From: Fibrobacteria bacterium
Lineage (GTDB): Bacteria > Fibrobacterota > Fibrobacteria > UBA11236
Reading direction: 5' to 3'
Assembly (NCBI GenBank): GCA_041746255.1
Contig: JBGTHM010000115.1
Coordinates: forward strand, 1-64,000
DNA length: 64,000 nucleotides
Shown piece after piece: positions 1 to 11,500 of this stretch. Position numbers and translations under genes: made by a program. How positions within the stretch are numbered: position 1 is the first letter of the stretch; each line of letters begins with the position of its first letter. Below the pieces are notes generated by a model. The model ran no database searches and was not told the origin of the DNA. It was given only the letters and a program-made list of their open reading frames with translations.

Positions 1-966
1 GAGCGCAAGTCTGGCCCAGTCCTTAGAGCGCCTGTCCTTACTGAGCGAAAAAATATTGCCGTCCATTTTCGGACTGGACATCATGACCAAAACATCACCG
101 TTGCGGGGATCGAGCGCAACAATAGAGCCTCGGACCGAATCCGGTATAAGCGATTCGGCCAAGGACTGCAATTCCATATCGAGTGTCGTCACAAGATTAT
201 GACCAGGTACGGGATCAAGCTGAGGCATATCGTCCAATACCTCCAATTCCTTCCCATAAGCATTCACCTTAACGTAGCGAACCCCGTCCCTTCCCCTGAA
301 ATACCGCTCATAGTATTTTTCCAGGCCCTTGCGCCCGATGCGATTCCCCAAGCTATAAGATGGAGCATTGACCTGTTTGGTCTTTTGAAGTGCGAATTTG
401 GCGAGTTCATCCTCCTTGATTTCATCCATATAGCCGATTATGTGGGCCGCGTTGGAACCATAGGGATAGGCCCGTCGGGATTCGGCCAGAGTAATCACCC
501 CCGGGACATCCAGTTGGTGTTCTTCTATCATTGCCACCAATTCAGGCGATGCATCTTCCAGGATGACCAACGGTTGAAATCGACGCCATCTCCCCCGTTC
601 CATACTCCATTTCACCAGCGTCGAATCGAAAATGCGCTGTCCCGTGGTATCACGAAACCGCATCAGATTCTGGAATACCATCTCAGGCTCTTTGAGCTCG
701 GTTGGCAAAATCGCAATTTGATGGGAAGCCCGGTTTCGAGCAATCACCTTGTCATTCCTGTCGAGAATCAGCCCGCGGGGCGCATGCAATACCTTGAGCC
801 GCATAAAATTTTGGGCGGACAGGCGCTCATGATAAGGACCTTGAAATATTTGCAGGTAGAAGAGGCGAAACACCAGCAGCAGGACGGCGATGGAAAAGGC
901 GATCATGACCACACGAGCTCGCGTGTTCTTATAGAATTGATCGTCTAAGTGTCCGCCGTCGTTCAT
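1..966 (-). CDS. mrdA: Penicillin-binding protein 2 (N-terminal part; runs off the window edge)
   Basis: Not in the ORF track. Manual translation from ATG at 966 gives MNDGGHLDDQFYKNTRARVVMIAFSIAVLLLVFRLFYLQIFQG...LHAPRGLILDRNDKVIARNR, the typical PBP2 N-terminus (TM, RL.YLQ, APRG.I.DR). Lies directly after mreD. Confidence 0.9.
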   Translation of the reverse strand, partial: MNDGGHLDDQFYKNTRARVVMIAFSIAVLLLVFRLFYLQIFQGPYHERLSAQNFMRLKVLHAPRGLILDRNDKVIARNRASHQIAILPTELKEPEMVFQNLMRFRDTTGQRIFDSTLVKWSMERGRWRRFQPLVILEDASPELVAMIEEHQLDVPGVITLAESRRAYPYGSNAAHIIGYMDEIKEDELAKFALQKTKQVNAPSYSLGNRIGRKGLEKYYERYFRGRDGVRYVKVNAYGKELEVLDDMPQLDPVPGHNLVTTLDMELQSLAESLIPDSVRGSIVALDPRNGDVLVMMSSPKMDGNIFSLSKDRRSKDWARLAL

Positions 967-968
967 CC

Positions 969-1445
969 TTAGGGCTCGGTTCTAGCCGGAGCGATAAGGA
1001 AATAAAATACCAATGCGCCCAGCAATAGGGTATAAATGGCGGACGGAATACTATAACGTAACAAGGCTTCGGCCAATACCGGCCAACTCAAATTGACTGC
1101 GAATCCGTACACCAGGTCGTGCAGGAAAAAGGCGATACCCAAAAAGAAAATTTTGGTGGCAGGCATGATTTTCAAAACTTTTTCATCAAAAAGCCCAGTG
1201 AAATAGCCGACGAGGCATTTGGCCAAAGCATTTGCGCCCAGGGTCTCGATGGCGTAAACATCCTGAATGATTCCAATGAAAAGGCCGCTGAATAGGCCCA
1301 CAACCGTTCCGTACCTCAACGAAATTGCCACTAGAACCACCAAAACGAGATCCGGGCGGATATTCCCGATAGAAATCAATTTTACCACGGTTTGCTGAAG
1401 TATTAACGCGATGATCAGAAAACTTAGGCTTTTGACGAAGTTCAT
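969..1445 (-). CDS. mreD: Rod shape-determining protein MreD
   Basis: Hydrophobic 158 aa with IRPDLVLV and G.F.G.IQD motifs; between mreC and mrdA. Confidence 0.9.
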   Translation of the reverse strand: MNFVKSLSFLIIALILQQTVVKLISIGNIRPDLVLVVLVAISLRYGTVVGLFSGLFIGIIQDVYAIETLGANALAKCLVGYFTGLFDEKVLKIMPATKIFFLGIAFFLHDLVYGFAVNLSWPVLAEALLRYSIPSAIYTLLLGALVFYFLIAPARTEP

Positions 1446-2341
1446 CTCACCCCTCCGAGAGGGTCGGCATTCAGACGGGACGAATCAGGTACCGAGGTCT
1501 GCATATCGGCCTCCATTTTGCCTACAATCCAACTCGGCTGTCTTTTTAGAACAAAAACCTCCTCAACCAAATGCGGGTTTTGGAAAGGTTTGACACGGAC
1601 AGTTTGAACAATATCGGCCATATCGGCGGTACCCAATCCTCCTTCAGTAACCACTCCAACCAAAAGACCCTTGGGGAAAACGCCCCCCATTCCCGACGTG
1701 ACCAGGGTGTCTCCCACAACTACCTGGGCTTCAACGGGAAATTGCGCCGCTAGTTCCCCCACCTTCCAAGATTCCAATATCCCTTTGAACCGGCTGCTCT
1801 GGCACATTATGGATAGCTTGAAATTCGGATCCGTAATCAGTTGGACCAGGCTATGACTATGGAAACCTTTGGAAATCTTGCCAACCACGCCCTTTGGAGT
1901 CAACACCGGCATATTGACGAACACCGAATCCTTTTCGCCTAGATCGATTACCCAGGCTGTGCCGTAACGCCCCGGATCCTGTCCGCTGATTTGCCCAAGT
2001 TTCAGGCTGAATCCGATGGATTCCTGGAAGGCGTTCAGCTCTTGGCTTCGAGGTTGTAGAGAAATGGATTGGCGTAGAAAATCATTCTCGACGCGTAATG
2101 TCATGTTTTGGCGCTTGAGCATTTCGTTCTCGCGCGAAACGAGTACCGTACGGTTTACCCGGGAAAGAATGGCTTGTACCGGCCAAAGGAAAGTAGTGAT
2201 GACCACTTCATGAAAAATGCGTTTTTCCGTGGGTTGCATCGAGAGAAGCACCGCGCAAAAAAGCAGGCAAATCAAGAGGGAGGCAACCCCTTTGGCCGCC
2301 GTGAACAACCGGATGAACCAGTAAACGAAGTTCATTTGCAC
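1442..2341 (-). CDS. mreC: Rod shape-determining protein MreC
   Basis: N-terminal TM and coiled coil; GVVGKI and GDTLVTSGMGGVFPKGLLVG motifs. Confidence 0.95.
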   Translation of the reverse strand: MQMNFVYWFIRLFTAAKGVASLLICLLFCAVLLSMQPTEKRIFHEVVITTFLWPVQAILSRVNRTVLVSRENEMLKRQNMTLRVENDFLRQSISLQPRSQELNAFQESIGFSLKLGQISGQDPGRYGTAWVIDLGEKDSVFVNMPVLTPKGVVGKISKGFHSHSLVQLITDPNFKLSIMCQSSRFKGILESWKVGELAAQFPVEAQVVVGDTLVTSGMGGVFPKGLLVGVVTEGGLGTADMADIVQTVRVKPFQNPHLVEEVFVLKRQPSWIVGKMEADMQTSVPDSSRLNADPLGGVR

Positions 2342-2429
2342 TCGGGAAGAAAATGATTGCCGGCCAGCCGACGGAAGTTGCCTTCCCTGAAGCTGAAGGT
2401 CGTCCGGTCGGAACCTTCGAATCTAGGAG

Positions 2430-3452
2430 TTAGCGGTTGGAATCCATCAGCACTTTATAGTACTTGTCCATATCCTCAAGAATGCGCGCAGTACCCTTGC
2501 ACACGCAAATCAGGGGATCGTCGATGACATTGACGGGAAGGTTGGTTTCGTGGCGAAGCAGTTGGTCGAAACCGCGTAAATGCGAACCACCACCCGTCAT
2601 GACAATGCCCTTGTCCAGAATATCTGCGGAAAGTTCGGGAGGGGTTTGCTCCAATGCCCTTTTTACCGCTTCCAAAATCGCGTTGACGGGTTCAGCCAAG
2701 GCCTCCCGGATTTCCGCTGAGGTGATTTTTAGGGTATGGGGAATGCCGGCCATCAAATCGCGGCCCTTTACCTCCATCTCCAATTCCTGCTCAAGAGGGA
2801 AAGCGGATCCGATTTGCATCTTGATGCGCTCAGCAGTGCCTTCGCCGACGAGAAGATTATAGTTCTTCTTCAAATAGCTGATGATGGCTTCATCCATTTC
2901 ATCCCCGCCGATACGGACGGATGCATCACAGACTATACCGTATAAGGCGATTACCGCAATTTCTGAAGTGCCGCCACCGATATCGATTATCATATTACCG
3001 GAAGGGTCTTCGACGGGTATTCCCATGCCAATGGCCGCCGCCATGGGCTCAGCGACGAGGTAAACCTCACGGGCGCCGGCCTTCTGCGCCGATTCCAATA
3101 CCGCACGTTTTTCCACTTCGGTAATTCCCGAGGGTACGCCAATGACTATGCGCGGACGCAAGAAAAAGAGTGGATATTTCTGAGCAATTTGAATGAGGCG
3201 CGTCAACAGACTTTCCACCATTTGGAAGTCCGCAATCACGCCGTCCTTCATGGGACGCACCGCGATAATTTCACCCGGCGTACGCCCCAGCATCCGCTTA
3301 GCCTCGGTGCCGATGGCGACAACTTTATTAGTCCTTCGCTCGACGGCCACCACGGACGGTTCATTAATGACGATGCCACGACCGTTTACGTGCACAAGGG
3401 TGTTGGCAGTCCCTAAGTCTATTCCGATATCACTTGATAAGAATCCGAACAA
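2430..3452 (-). CDS. mreB: Actin-like rod shape-determining protein MreB
   Basis: [27 protein letters not shown] and TGGGS motifs. Confidence 0.98.
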   Translation of the reverse strand: MFGFLSSDIGIDLGTANTLVHVNGRGIVINEPSVVAVERRTNKVVAIGTEAKRMLGRTPGEIIAVRPMKDGVIADFQMVESLLTRLIQIAQKYPLFFLRPRIVIGVPSGITEVEKRAVLESAQKAGAREVYLVAEPMAAAIGMGIPVEDPSGNMIIDIGGGTSEIAVIALYGIVCDASVRIGGDEMDEAIISYLKKNYNLLVGEGTAERIKMQIGSAFPLEQELEMEVKGRDLMAGIPHTLKITSAEIREALAEPVNAILEAVKRALEQTPPELSADILDKGIVMTGGGSHLRGFDQLLRHETNLPVNVIDDPLICVCKGTARILEDMDKYYKVLMDSNR

Positions 3453-3497
3453 GGTGTTGTTATCTCCCTAAGTACAAGTATTATGCAAACTTAGCAA

Positions 3498-3893
3498 TTA
3501 ATTTTCAAGCTTTCCAAGAAATTTATCAGGTATATGCAACAGTTTTACTTCGTAGCGTTCCCAAATCTTTGCGGTGGTACGATAGCGGTATTTCCGATTC
3601 TGACAGAGTCCGAGGGACTCCAAATAGAAGAAATAAACCGAAGCGTATGCCTGAAATACCCGTGACGTGTCTCCTTGAAATTCTTTGAACTCGTCGATTA
3701 CATAATGCGGATTCGCACTGAGCGCCTTCATCCCCGGCTTTCCACGAAACTCGTTTAGAATATAATCCAAATCGGACTGGAGAATATCGTTCAGACGTAT
3801 TTGTACCACATCGGGTGATGACTTGCAAGCTACGAGAACAAGCGCGAATACCAAAAAAAGGAAACGACCGGGAGATGGCATAAACTTTTCCAA
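3498..3893 (-). CDS. Hypothetical lipoprotein
   Basis: Hydrophobic signal ending in the lipobox LVA-C; co-oriented with neighbours. Start may be the ATG at 3881. Confidence 0.6.
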   Translation of the reverse strand: MEKFMPSPGRFLFLVFALVLVACKSSPDVVQIRLNDILQSDLDYILNEFRGKPGMKALSANPHYVIDEFKEFQGDTSRVFQAYASVYFFYLESLGLCQNRKYRYRTTAKIWERYEVKLLHIPDKFLGKLEN

Positions 3894-3930
3894 TAGGGAT
3901 TCCGCGGCGCGTCATATTCATGGGACCAAC

Positions 3931-5229
3931 TCAAAAGGAATAGGTCGCGGAGATCCGGGAAATAAGGTGATGATGCGGGCCTGAAAACAGGTTCCCAAAA
4001 GTAAAGAGCAGGTCTTCGGCGAGTACCGCGTCAACCTTCAGTTTTTCTTCAACGTTAATCCCGATTCCAAAACCGACATGGTCTTCGGATGTCGCGTTTC
4101 CCGTCGGATTAGTGAAAATATAACTATAAGAACCACCGCTTCCATCGCGTTCTCGATAAGATATTTCCTTGCGCCCCCCTACCCGGAGAACCAACCAATC
4201 ATACCAGATATTTCTTTCGATTCCGAAGGAAATCGCTCCCCCCTGAATTGATTCCGAATTCCGGATATTCAACGCGGTGCTTGTGTACGAAAATCCTCCG
4301 CCGGGAATGTTCGTTATTCCGGTGGTACTTATTTCGTCTAGAATCCCTTCCACGCCTAACCAGAAAAATCCCCGATCCAAGGAGACATTCACGCCGCAAC
4401 CCAAACGGAAGCGAGCCAGTTCCTGACCAGGGGCCCTTAAAATACTGTATTTGATAATTGGAACCAACTCGCCGTTGATAATCTCAAGGGTAGAGAATGT
4501 ACGCGCGGAAAGGAAAAATGACCATTCCGGCTCGATATAGTCCGGTCCATACCCGATATAGGCGGTACCCAAGGCCAACTCAGCATCAACACTTCGAGCT
4601 ATGGGCCAATTCAACCCCAAGTCCCCGCGTAAAAGCTTTACATTGATATCGCTATCCGGAATGGACTCGATTACACCGGACCTCAAATCAGCACCTTCCT
4701 GCACCGCAAAATAGATATGCGATCCAAGCATCCCCCCATTGGCGAAAGTGAAGCCTAAAAAGCCATCAAAATTCGTTGCGGATTCCGGAACTACCTTTCC
4801 GTCTGCGCTGTCTGGAATGACCGCCTGCAGTTCCGGGTCGATGCGGTTGAAGGCGCCACCCAGACTAATTTGTGGGTAAAGATTTGCCGACCCAGCATCC
4901 CTGGAAATCGAATGGGAAAAAATACCCCCAAACCAGGAATTCTCGGGATCCCGATTGTAACCGGCACCCTCCGATCCGGTTATTGCCAACCGTTCCAGGG
5001 CCCTCCTATCGGCGAGTCCCTGTTTGTATACTCCCAATTCGCCAATAAGAAAATTGGGAAAAACATTGATATTCGCCGGGTTTTCAAAGACGCTGATATC
5101 GTCCATGAAAAATGTGGCCCGTTTTCCCATGGATTCGACACGAGAATAGGTCGCATCAATATCCGGTACGAAAAAAAGTAGGCCAGCCGAAAGACCCAAT
5201 GTCCTCAGCCATCCATGCTGCATACTCAT
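3931..5229 (-). CDS. Outer-membrane beta-barrel protein of unknown function
   Basis: Signal peptide, N-terminal NPA motif (FENPANI), amphipathic strands and C-terminal ISATYSF (BAM-type terminal Phe). Confidence 0.7.
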   Translation of the reverse strand: MSMQHGWLRTLGLSAGLLFFVPDIDATYSRVESMGKRATFFMDDISVFENPANINVFPNFLIGELGVYKQGLADRRALERLAITGSEGAGYNRDPENSWFGGIFSHSISRDAGSANLYPQISLGGAFNRIDPELQAVIPDSADGKVVPESATNFDGFLGFTFANGGMLGSHIYFAVQEGADLRSGVIESIPDSDINVKLLRGDLGLNWPIARSVDAELALGTAYIGYGPDYIEPEWSFFLSARTFSTLEIINGELVPIIKYSILRAPGQELARFRLGCGVNVSLDRGFFWLGVEGILDEISTTGITNIPGGGFSYTSTALNIRNSESIQGGAISFGIERNIWYDWLVLRVGGRKEISYRERDGSGGSYSYIFTNPTGNATSEDHVGFGIGINVEEKLKVDAVLAEDLLFTFGNLFSGPHHHLISRISATYSF

Positions 5230-5305
5230 ATCCCCCTATGACCCAATCGCTTTTTCAGGCATACGGAATTTTCCCATAAATGCGCGGACAATGCACCAAA
5301 ATACC

Positions 5306-5343
5306 AAAAAAAATAACCCCCTGTCGAAATCGACAGGGGGTTA
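5306..5343 (-). terminator. Rho-independent terminator after the TonB-domain gene
   Basis: Perfect 13-bp stem taaccccctgtcg / cgacagggggtta with a 4-nt loop. The A-run at 5306-5313 is the U-tract on the minus strand. Confidence 0.85.
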
Positions 5344-5364
5344 AGGGAAAACCGAAAAGTTACA

Positions 5365-6309
5365 CTATTCCGAGAAGGTGAACGGTACCGTTACGACATC
5401 GTTTCCCTTACCTTGGATTGGCTCAAATCTCCAACGGCGGATTTTATCCACGGTTTCCGCATCGAATTCGGATACTCCGGTGGTGCTGGAAACGATGGAA
5501 ATATCGACAATAGCACCTCCAGGAGCGATAGCGAACCGGACGGTTACCTTGCCTTGAAATCCGGGGTGGATTTTAAGGTATTTATTGTAGGTATGCCGTA
5601 AACCAGGCGTATGTTGCCGGATGACACGAAGGATGGACTCGGTAGAACGTTGACCGCCGGACTGACCCATATCGATATCCGTAGCGGTTGGAGCTCTGAG
5701 GTTACCTTTCGCCTTGACGCCGATAGGACCGCTGTCGCCGCCTAAAAGTCCGCCCAACAAGTCATCGATGCCACCCGAACCCCCTGCCGCAAAACCTTCA
5801 TTGAAAGCGGCATCGCTTTTACCACGGCGCCCTCCGATTCGGGTTTCACCGGTTTTAGTCAGACCCGAGACATTGTCAATGACCTTTTGGATATCGCGAT
5901 TGAATTTCGCGTCCAGCAAATCATAGGCGTCCAAGGAGGAGTTGCGTGACTTGGAGCTGATAAGCTTAAGTACACCTTGGGAATTCGGGGCTTTAGGGTC
6001 CCCTTTACCTTTGGGCTTGGAGCTCGCTCCCGATTTCTTCTTGGGATCTGGTTGCTTTTTCTTTTCTTCCGGTTTGTCCTTTTTCATCTCATCAAGCTTC
6101 AGGACCACCTGCGTGGTATCTTCCGTAAAGGTTGACAAGGTAAACGGAATCAAAATCTCAACAGTCGTGACATAGAACCCAGCTGCAGCACCCAGAATGG
6201 CGCAGCCAAGCACAAAGTTACGGATTCGTTTATCCGATTCGACCGCGAAATAATCTTCCAGGTTTTCCGTATGCACGGGTTGCGAGGAGTTTTCAGGATT
6301 TGTGCTCAT
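5365..6309 (-). CDS. TonB-C domain protein (AgmX/PglI/GltG-like C-terminus)
   Basis: N-terminal TM, Lys- and Gly-rich linker, and a C-terminal GKVTVRFAIAPGG...IRRWRF...VPFTF TonB_C pattern. Confidence 0.8.
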   Translation of the reverse strand: MSTNPENSSQPVHTENLEDYFAVESDKRIRNFVLGCAILGAAAGFYVTTVEILIPFTLSTFTEDTTQVVLKLDEMKKDKPEEKKKQPDPKKKSGASSKPKGKGDPKAPNSQGVLKLISSKSRNSSLDAYDLLDAKFNRDIQKVIDNVSGLTKTGETRIGGRRGKSDAAFNEGFAAGGSGGIDDLLGGLLGGDSGPIGVKAKGNLRAPTATDIDMGQSGGQRSTESILRVIRQHTPGLRHTYNKYLKIHPGFQGKVTVRFAIAPGGAIVDISIVSSTTGVSEFDAETVDKIRRWRFEPIQGKGNDVVTVPFTFSE

Positions 6310-6791
6310 ATATCCTCACCCTTTCTAGTGACGGCGAATTTGATGTTGTTATAACCCGCAAACCCGCAAGTTGCCATCACCTTCGTTACGACATCATATT
6401 CCGTATTCTTATCGAATTGCACAACGACCTTACCGGTTGACTCCTTAATAACACCCAGCATCTCCGCCCTGCGTTCTTCCTCACGTTTTTTGCTGAGAAT
6501 TTCCAGCAGAGGCGCGACTATGAGACTATCCTGGCTGCGAACCTTTGCAGTTTCGACTATGACCTCATTATCGGCGAGAATCATAGTCGGTTCGCCCACA
6601 ACAGTGAGCGAAACCTCTGTTGGACTCTTAGCCTGAGCGGACATCGGTAAAATCAGGTTGGAGTTGGAGGACATGAGATTACCCTCCGCGGACATAGTAT
6701 TCAAAAGGAATACCAGTACGATGGTAAACATATCCATCATGGAAGTCAGTTGTAGCTGACTCGCACCTTGTCTGTGAATTTTCTTACTCAT
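6306..6791 (-). CDS. ExbD/TolR family protein (AglS-like)
   Basis: TM LQLTSMMDMFTIVLVFLL with the conserved Asp; C-terminal DKNTEYDVVTKVMATCGFAGY. Confidence 0.85.
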   Translation of the reverse strand: MSKKIHRQGASQLQLTSMMDMFTIVLVFLLNTMSAEGNLMSSNSNLILPMSAQAKSPTEVSLTVVGEPTMILADNEVIVETAKVRSQDSLIVAPLLEILSKKREEERRAEMLGVIKESTGKVVVQFDKNTEYDVVTKVMATCGFAGYNNIKFAVTRKGEDI

Positions 6792-6794
6792 GGC

Positions 6795-7598
6795 TCAGGT
6801 TCCTCCCATCAGAGACAAAGCAACCCGGTCATAGCCTGCGGCTTTTGCCGCATCCATCACCTGTATGACTTTGTCGTAAATAATATCGTCTTCCGCAAGG
6901 ATGACCACGTCATCCACATCGGGAGGCATCGGCTCACGAAGCCTATAGACCTGATTCACCTGTTCGAGCTGACGGGAAATCTCCTGATAGGCGGATAGCC
7001 GGGTGACCTTGCAAAAGGCCGCGGTTTGCGGATCCATTTTACGAATCACCTGATCCCCTATCAACCGATATTCCTGACCCACCGCGGGTACCGTGGTATA
7101 CCAATTTCCGGCGGTATCGAGCAATGCGTTATCATCCGGACCAACTACGACATTCTTGAAAGTGCCGGGATCAGCCTCGTCCTTTTTCTCAATGGCGTGC
7201 AGGAAAATGGTTTCCTTTTCCTGCAATGTCATCAACCTGCCGTCGGTGGGAGAAAAAACCTTCTCGTCTTTGACGAAAGGCTTCCGGAACACGTGTTTAT
7301 CGGAGGTGCTGCGGTATTCCACTTCTTCGAAGTAGAAAACGGTAGGCTGAAAGCCCGCTGCTGCACCAATCGTGATTCCCTTATGCCCGACGACAATGCT
7401 GAGATTCAGTAGGTTGGGATCGACGTTGGATGCCTGTTTAGGAGCATCCGTACGTTCAGGTAACGTGAGTTCCAGAATTCCCAATTTCTCGTAAATCGCC
7501 ACCGAAAGAAGAAAAACGATAAGGACGGAAAAAAGGTTCATGATCGGAAGCAGATTGAGATCCGCTATTTTGTTGGATTTGACCTTAGATTCTTTCAT
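6795..7598 (-). CDS. ExbD/TolR family protein with a large periplasmic insertion (AglQ-like)
   Basis: TM LNLLPIMNLFSVLIVFLL and C-terminal LAEDDIIYDKVIQVMDAAKAAGY; 267 aa, long for this family. Confidence 0.8.
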   Translation of the reverse strand: MKESKVKSNKIADLNLLPIMNLFSVLIVFLLSVAIYEKLGILELTLPERTDAPKQASNVDPNLLNLSIVVGHKGITIGAAAGFQPTVFYFEEVEYRSTSDKHVFRKPFVKDEKVFSPTDGRLMTLQEKETIFLHAIEKKDEADPGTFKNVVVGPDDNALLDTAGNWYTTVPAVGQEYRLIGDQVIRKMDPQTAAFCKVTRLSAYQEISRQLEQVNQVYRLREPMPPDVDDVVILAEDDIIYDKVIQVMDAAKAAGYDRVALSLMGGT

Positions 7599-7648
7599 TG
7601 GCTATTTTCCTTTTGGTTTCCGGGTCTTCCCGACCCGGAGTGTGCCAA

Positions 7649-8260
7649 TTAAAGCAGATTCATGACCTTAACAGCTTTTTCTTCCAACTCTTCTTGCAAT
7701 CTTTCGGCTTGCATGGCCAGAAGTCCATGAGCAAAAAGGGCGGGAATAGCGACAGCAAGACCAAACCAAGTGGTTGCCATAGCGATGGAAATACCATTGG
7801 CAAGAGCCTGGGGACGTTGTGCGGCCGGAAGATTTGCAACCGCATCAAAGGCCATGATAAGACCATAAATGGTTCCCAAAAGTCCAATCAAGGTGGACAC
7901 ATTGGCCACGGTGACGATGAGGTTAAGATAACGGTTAAGCCGGGGTGCCTCGGTCAAGTAGACCTCATCGACGGCCTTTTCAATGGCAGTCACGCCCTTC
8001 GCTTTGTTGTTGAGAACGGCCGAAATAACCTTGGCCAAGGGGAAATTCTGGGAAGCAGCCAAATGACCCGCCTCCGCCACTCGACCCGTCTGCAACAATT
8101 GCGCGATATTCCGCATGAAATTGCCGCGACCGAGAGAAGATTTGATCCAGATATAATAAACACGCTCAGCAACCAATGCCAGGGCAATTACCCCTGCACA
8201 GAGAATCGCCCACATAGCGGCCGAGCCGTCTCCCGAAAAACCCTGAAGAATATAACGCAT
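7649..8260 (-). CDS. MotA/TolQ/ExbB proton channel protein (AglR-like)
   Basis: TLIGLLGTIYGLIMAF and GISIAMATTWFGLAVAIP TM motifs. Confidence 0.9.
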   Translation of the reverse strand: MRYILQGFSGDGSAAMWAILCAGVIALALVAERVYYIWIKSSLGRGNFMRNIAQLLQTGRVAEAGHLAASQNFPLAKVISAVLNNKAKGVTAIEKAVDEVYLTEAPRLNRYLNLIVTVANVSTLIGLLGTIYGLIMAFDAVANLPAAQRPQALANGISIAMATTWFGLAVAIPALFAHGLLAMQAERLQEELEEKAVKVMNLL

Positions 8261-8513
8261 TTTATTGCCCTTCCTAAATTTTAGTGATTAGAGTTAATAG
8301 AGTTATTAGAAATTCGATTGTAAAAAGTCAAAGATTAAAGTGAGCCACCCTGGTCCAAGAGTTTCACCTTGGATGCACCTATAATAGTCTCGAAAATGGA
8401 ATTCCGCACATTTATTTTTAACCCCCTTGAAAATAACTGAAAAATATGACTATATCGAAAAGATTGGATTTAAGCTTCGTTTCAGCCACAGATGCAATGG
8501 ATAGCAACCTGTT

Positions 8514-11500
8514 CTAGTTGCCCAAACTGGACCGGAGAGTGCTGATTTCCTCTTTTGCCTCAGCCTCCATTTGCCGGTACATATTGATTTTTTGATCATC
8601 TGTCAAAGAGTTGTTCTCGTAAATTTTTGCGATGCGTTCCATGTTAGTCGAGTATTTCTCATCATTAGTAGTTTCGGAGGCGCTCCCGGTTCGGGGTACG
8701 CTCGGAAGAGTTTCCGGTTTCAGACCCAGCTCTTCGGCTTCGGGCTCCAACTCCTGCAATCTTCGGGAAATTCTCGACTTGAATTCGTTTTCCAAAGCGA
8801 AATAGGAAGCAGCGCGCAAACCCTCTTTATAGATAGGTTTTGCTTGTTGTTCAGCTTCATAGGCTTTATCCTGCAAAGCGGCCTGATATGCTTCCCGTTC
8901 TTCTTTTTCCAATCCGCTCGGTAAGGGCGCGGATGCGAGTATTTTCCCCAAATCCTCAAAAGTTTGAGCCTTATGCCAATACATACTGAGAAATTTGACA
9001 CCGGTGCTATCTACCCATGGACTACGAATGCCCTGGTTACGGGCCAGTTCAAGATTTTTCTCGTAAATTTCCCGGGCCTTGTCATAGTACCCCGGTAAGG
9101 CCATCTTGATTTGAATTTCTTCGGCGATTCTTTCTTCCTTACCCTTTGCTTGAATCCTTTCATCCCGGGAAATTTCTCCGATTTTTGCGAATACGTCTCC
9201 CATTCGCATAGTTGACCGCAAGGTCCATTCCTCCTCGCCTTGTTCAGCGGATTTGGCGAAATTGGTGATAGCCGGTGCCAGGTGGCCTTGCATGATTTTT
9301 GCATTATTCTGATTGTCTCGCTTGGATCCGTTCAAGCGAATCCCGGAAATTTTCTGAAAATAGCTGTCGCCGATAAGATACGCCGCCTCGGCAGCGAATA
9401 ATGGAGGAAGGCCCTCGGATACACCATGCTTATCCTGGATTTGTACTACGGACCCCAAATGACTCAGACCCTTTTTTTCGTCTCCCATTTTCATGAAGCT
9501 CTTGCCGGCACCCAAATGAGCGCGGATTAGTTTGGGAATATCATTTTTATACTTCTGCGCGAATTCTTCATATGCCGCGGCGGCGCGCTTATGATCACCC
9601 TTTTTTTCCAGTATCAAGGGAACGGAAAATACGGCTTCCAAAGCATAGGTGCTTTTGGGATACTCGTCACCGAGAAGCTTATAAATACGGACAGCCTGGT
9701 CAAATTCATTGGAATTTTCATAAGTCTGGCCCGCATTATAAAGTAGCGAGGGGGTTTTATCCGATTTCGGATAATATTTATGGGCTAACACATAAGTTTC
9801 AGCCGAGGCTTTGGGATCAGGCACTTTTTCATAGGCTTGAGCAGCCCAACTGATTGATAAAAATCCCATGGAATCTTGGGGATATGCTTTTTGAACCATC
9901 AAAAAACTTTCCGCTGAGTTCCGATGTTTACCCTTTTCACCATAAATTGAGGCGGCTTTCAAAATACCGCGGATTGCCAGGGGTGACTTTGGATATTTTT
10001 GATGTATACTGGTCAGGATACGGGCAGCGTCCTCAACCCTCCCTGCTGTGTCGTAATGCAATCCCGCTTCGTAAAGGGCCTTGTCCGCAATTTCTACATC
10101 CTCGAAATCCCGTGCCATTTGACTGTATTTCAAAGCTGCAGCGGAATGATCTCCATTTCTTCCTTGAAACTCAGCTTGTTTGAATTGAGTTGAAGCCAAG
10201 GATTTCCGAACGTCTCCGTATTCCGGACCACTCTTCGGGATTCTACGAAGCAAGGCGCGGAATTGGGTTTCCGCCTTGTCAAAATGACCGGCTTCCAGAT
10301 AGCTTTGACCTAAAGCGCGTTGAATCAGGTTCGTATGTTTATGATTCGGAAAATCTTTCAGCAATTTTTCCAAATTGGTGATGGCCCGGTCATATTGTTT
10401 GGCTTCGTAATGGACGAACGCGGCGTTATAGGCAAGATCCGGCGCAGTAGCCGACTTTCCATACATGGAGAGATACTTTTCTACGGTTGTGAAATAATCC
10501 CGGGTTTCGGTAGAATTATATGCGGCCGCTTTATCGTCGTTAAGACGGGACAGCGCCAGTTTTCGGTTTTCATCCATCATGACGACAGCATTGAAAGCCG
10601 CATCTTGCTTGGAAATGAGATCTTTCTTTTCCGCCGGCTTCTTGCCGTATTTCTCGATTGGAGCATTAGCGCACCACATCCATTCATCAGCCGACCGAGC
10701 ATATTGCTTCATCTTTCCATATACTACGGCAAGATTCTGGTGAACCTGATAAATATCCCAGGAAGTTTCCGCGCTATAGCGGCTGAGATATCCTCGATAA
10801 TGTTCTTCGGCTTTTCCGAGCAATTCCATATCGCCTTCACCGACTTCACCTTGGGTATGGTAAAAAACCGGAATCTGATACATGGCAATTTTAATGGCCT
10901 TTTGCGCATCCTCAAAAGCCTTTTTATTGGACGAATTCTGTGTCGACCAGCTCGAATTAGGCGTATAGCGCTGTACCAGTTCCAAACGAGCTGCTTGCGC
11001 CTCTTCCGCCCTTTTTTGAATTACCAAGATCTCGACAATGATCAAATCGGCATTTGGCGCCCGGGGATAGGTAGGATCCCGCTGCAAAAGAAATTTAAAG
11101 GCATTGACGGATTCATCCAACCGATCATGCGCTTTGTTCTTCTGACCGATTTCGTAGTAAACGTCGTTTTCCCAGGGCTTTCCCTTGTCCCGCAAAAAGG
11201 ATCGGGCGGCATCAAAACCATGGTCCATATCGGCCCAACTGGCCGCCATAAATTCCAAAGCTTCTTCCCGTAAATCGCATTTCAATTTTCCGGCATCACA
11301 AAGATCGACATATTGATAATAAAGCGAAGCCGCGCGCTCGAAGTCAGCCATATTGTAATAGGCTTCCGCATGGTGGTAGAGTGCCAAGCCGGCCTCGGGA
11401 CCGGGATAGTTCACGGGAACTTTTTCATAGTGTTTGATGGCGCTCTGGTATTTTCGCTTCATCATCCAATACTCGCCCAGTCGCAGGTGGGAGGGAATGG

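Noticed and set aside
199..948. 249-aa plus-strand ORF
   Set aside because: Antisense shadow of mrdA, whose minus-strand frame carries the PBP2 motifs.
5365..8260. Canonical Tol-Pal or iron-uptake TonB-ExbBD operon
   Set aside because: No tolB, pal, ybgC or TonB-dependent receptor nearby and no Fur box recognised; two TolR-like genes with TPR partners fit the Agl-like type better.
8289..8305. Tandem tagagtta repeats upstream of the exbB-like gene
   Set aside because: Only two short copies in AT-rich DNA; cannot be told from chance.
10320..11273. Long antisense ORFs (also 13576..14412, 24969..25691, 58984..59817, 7598..8284)
   Set aside because: They lie opposite well-supported genes and have no motifs; expected from codon bias in GC-rich DNA.
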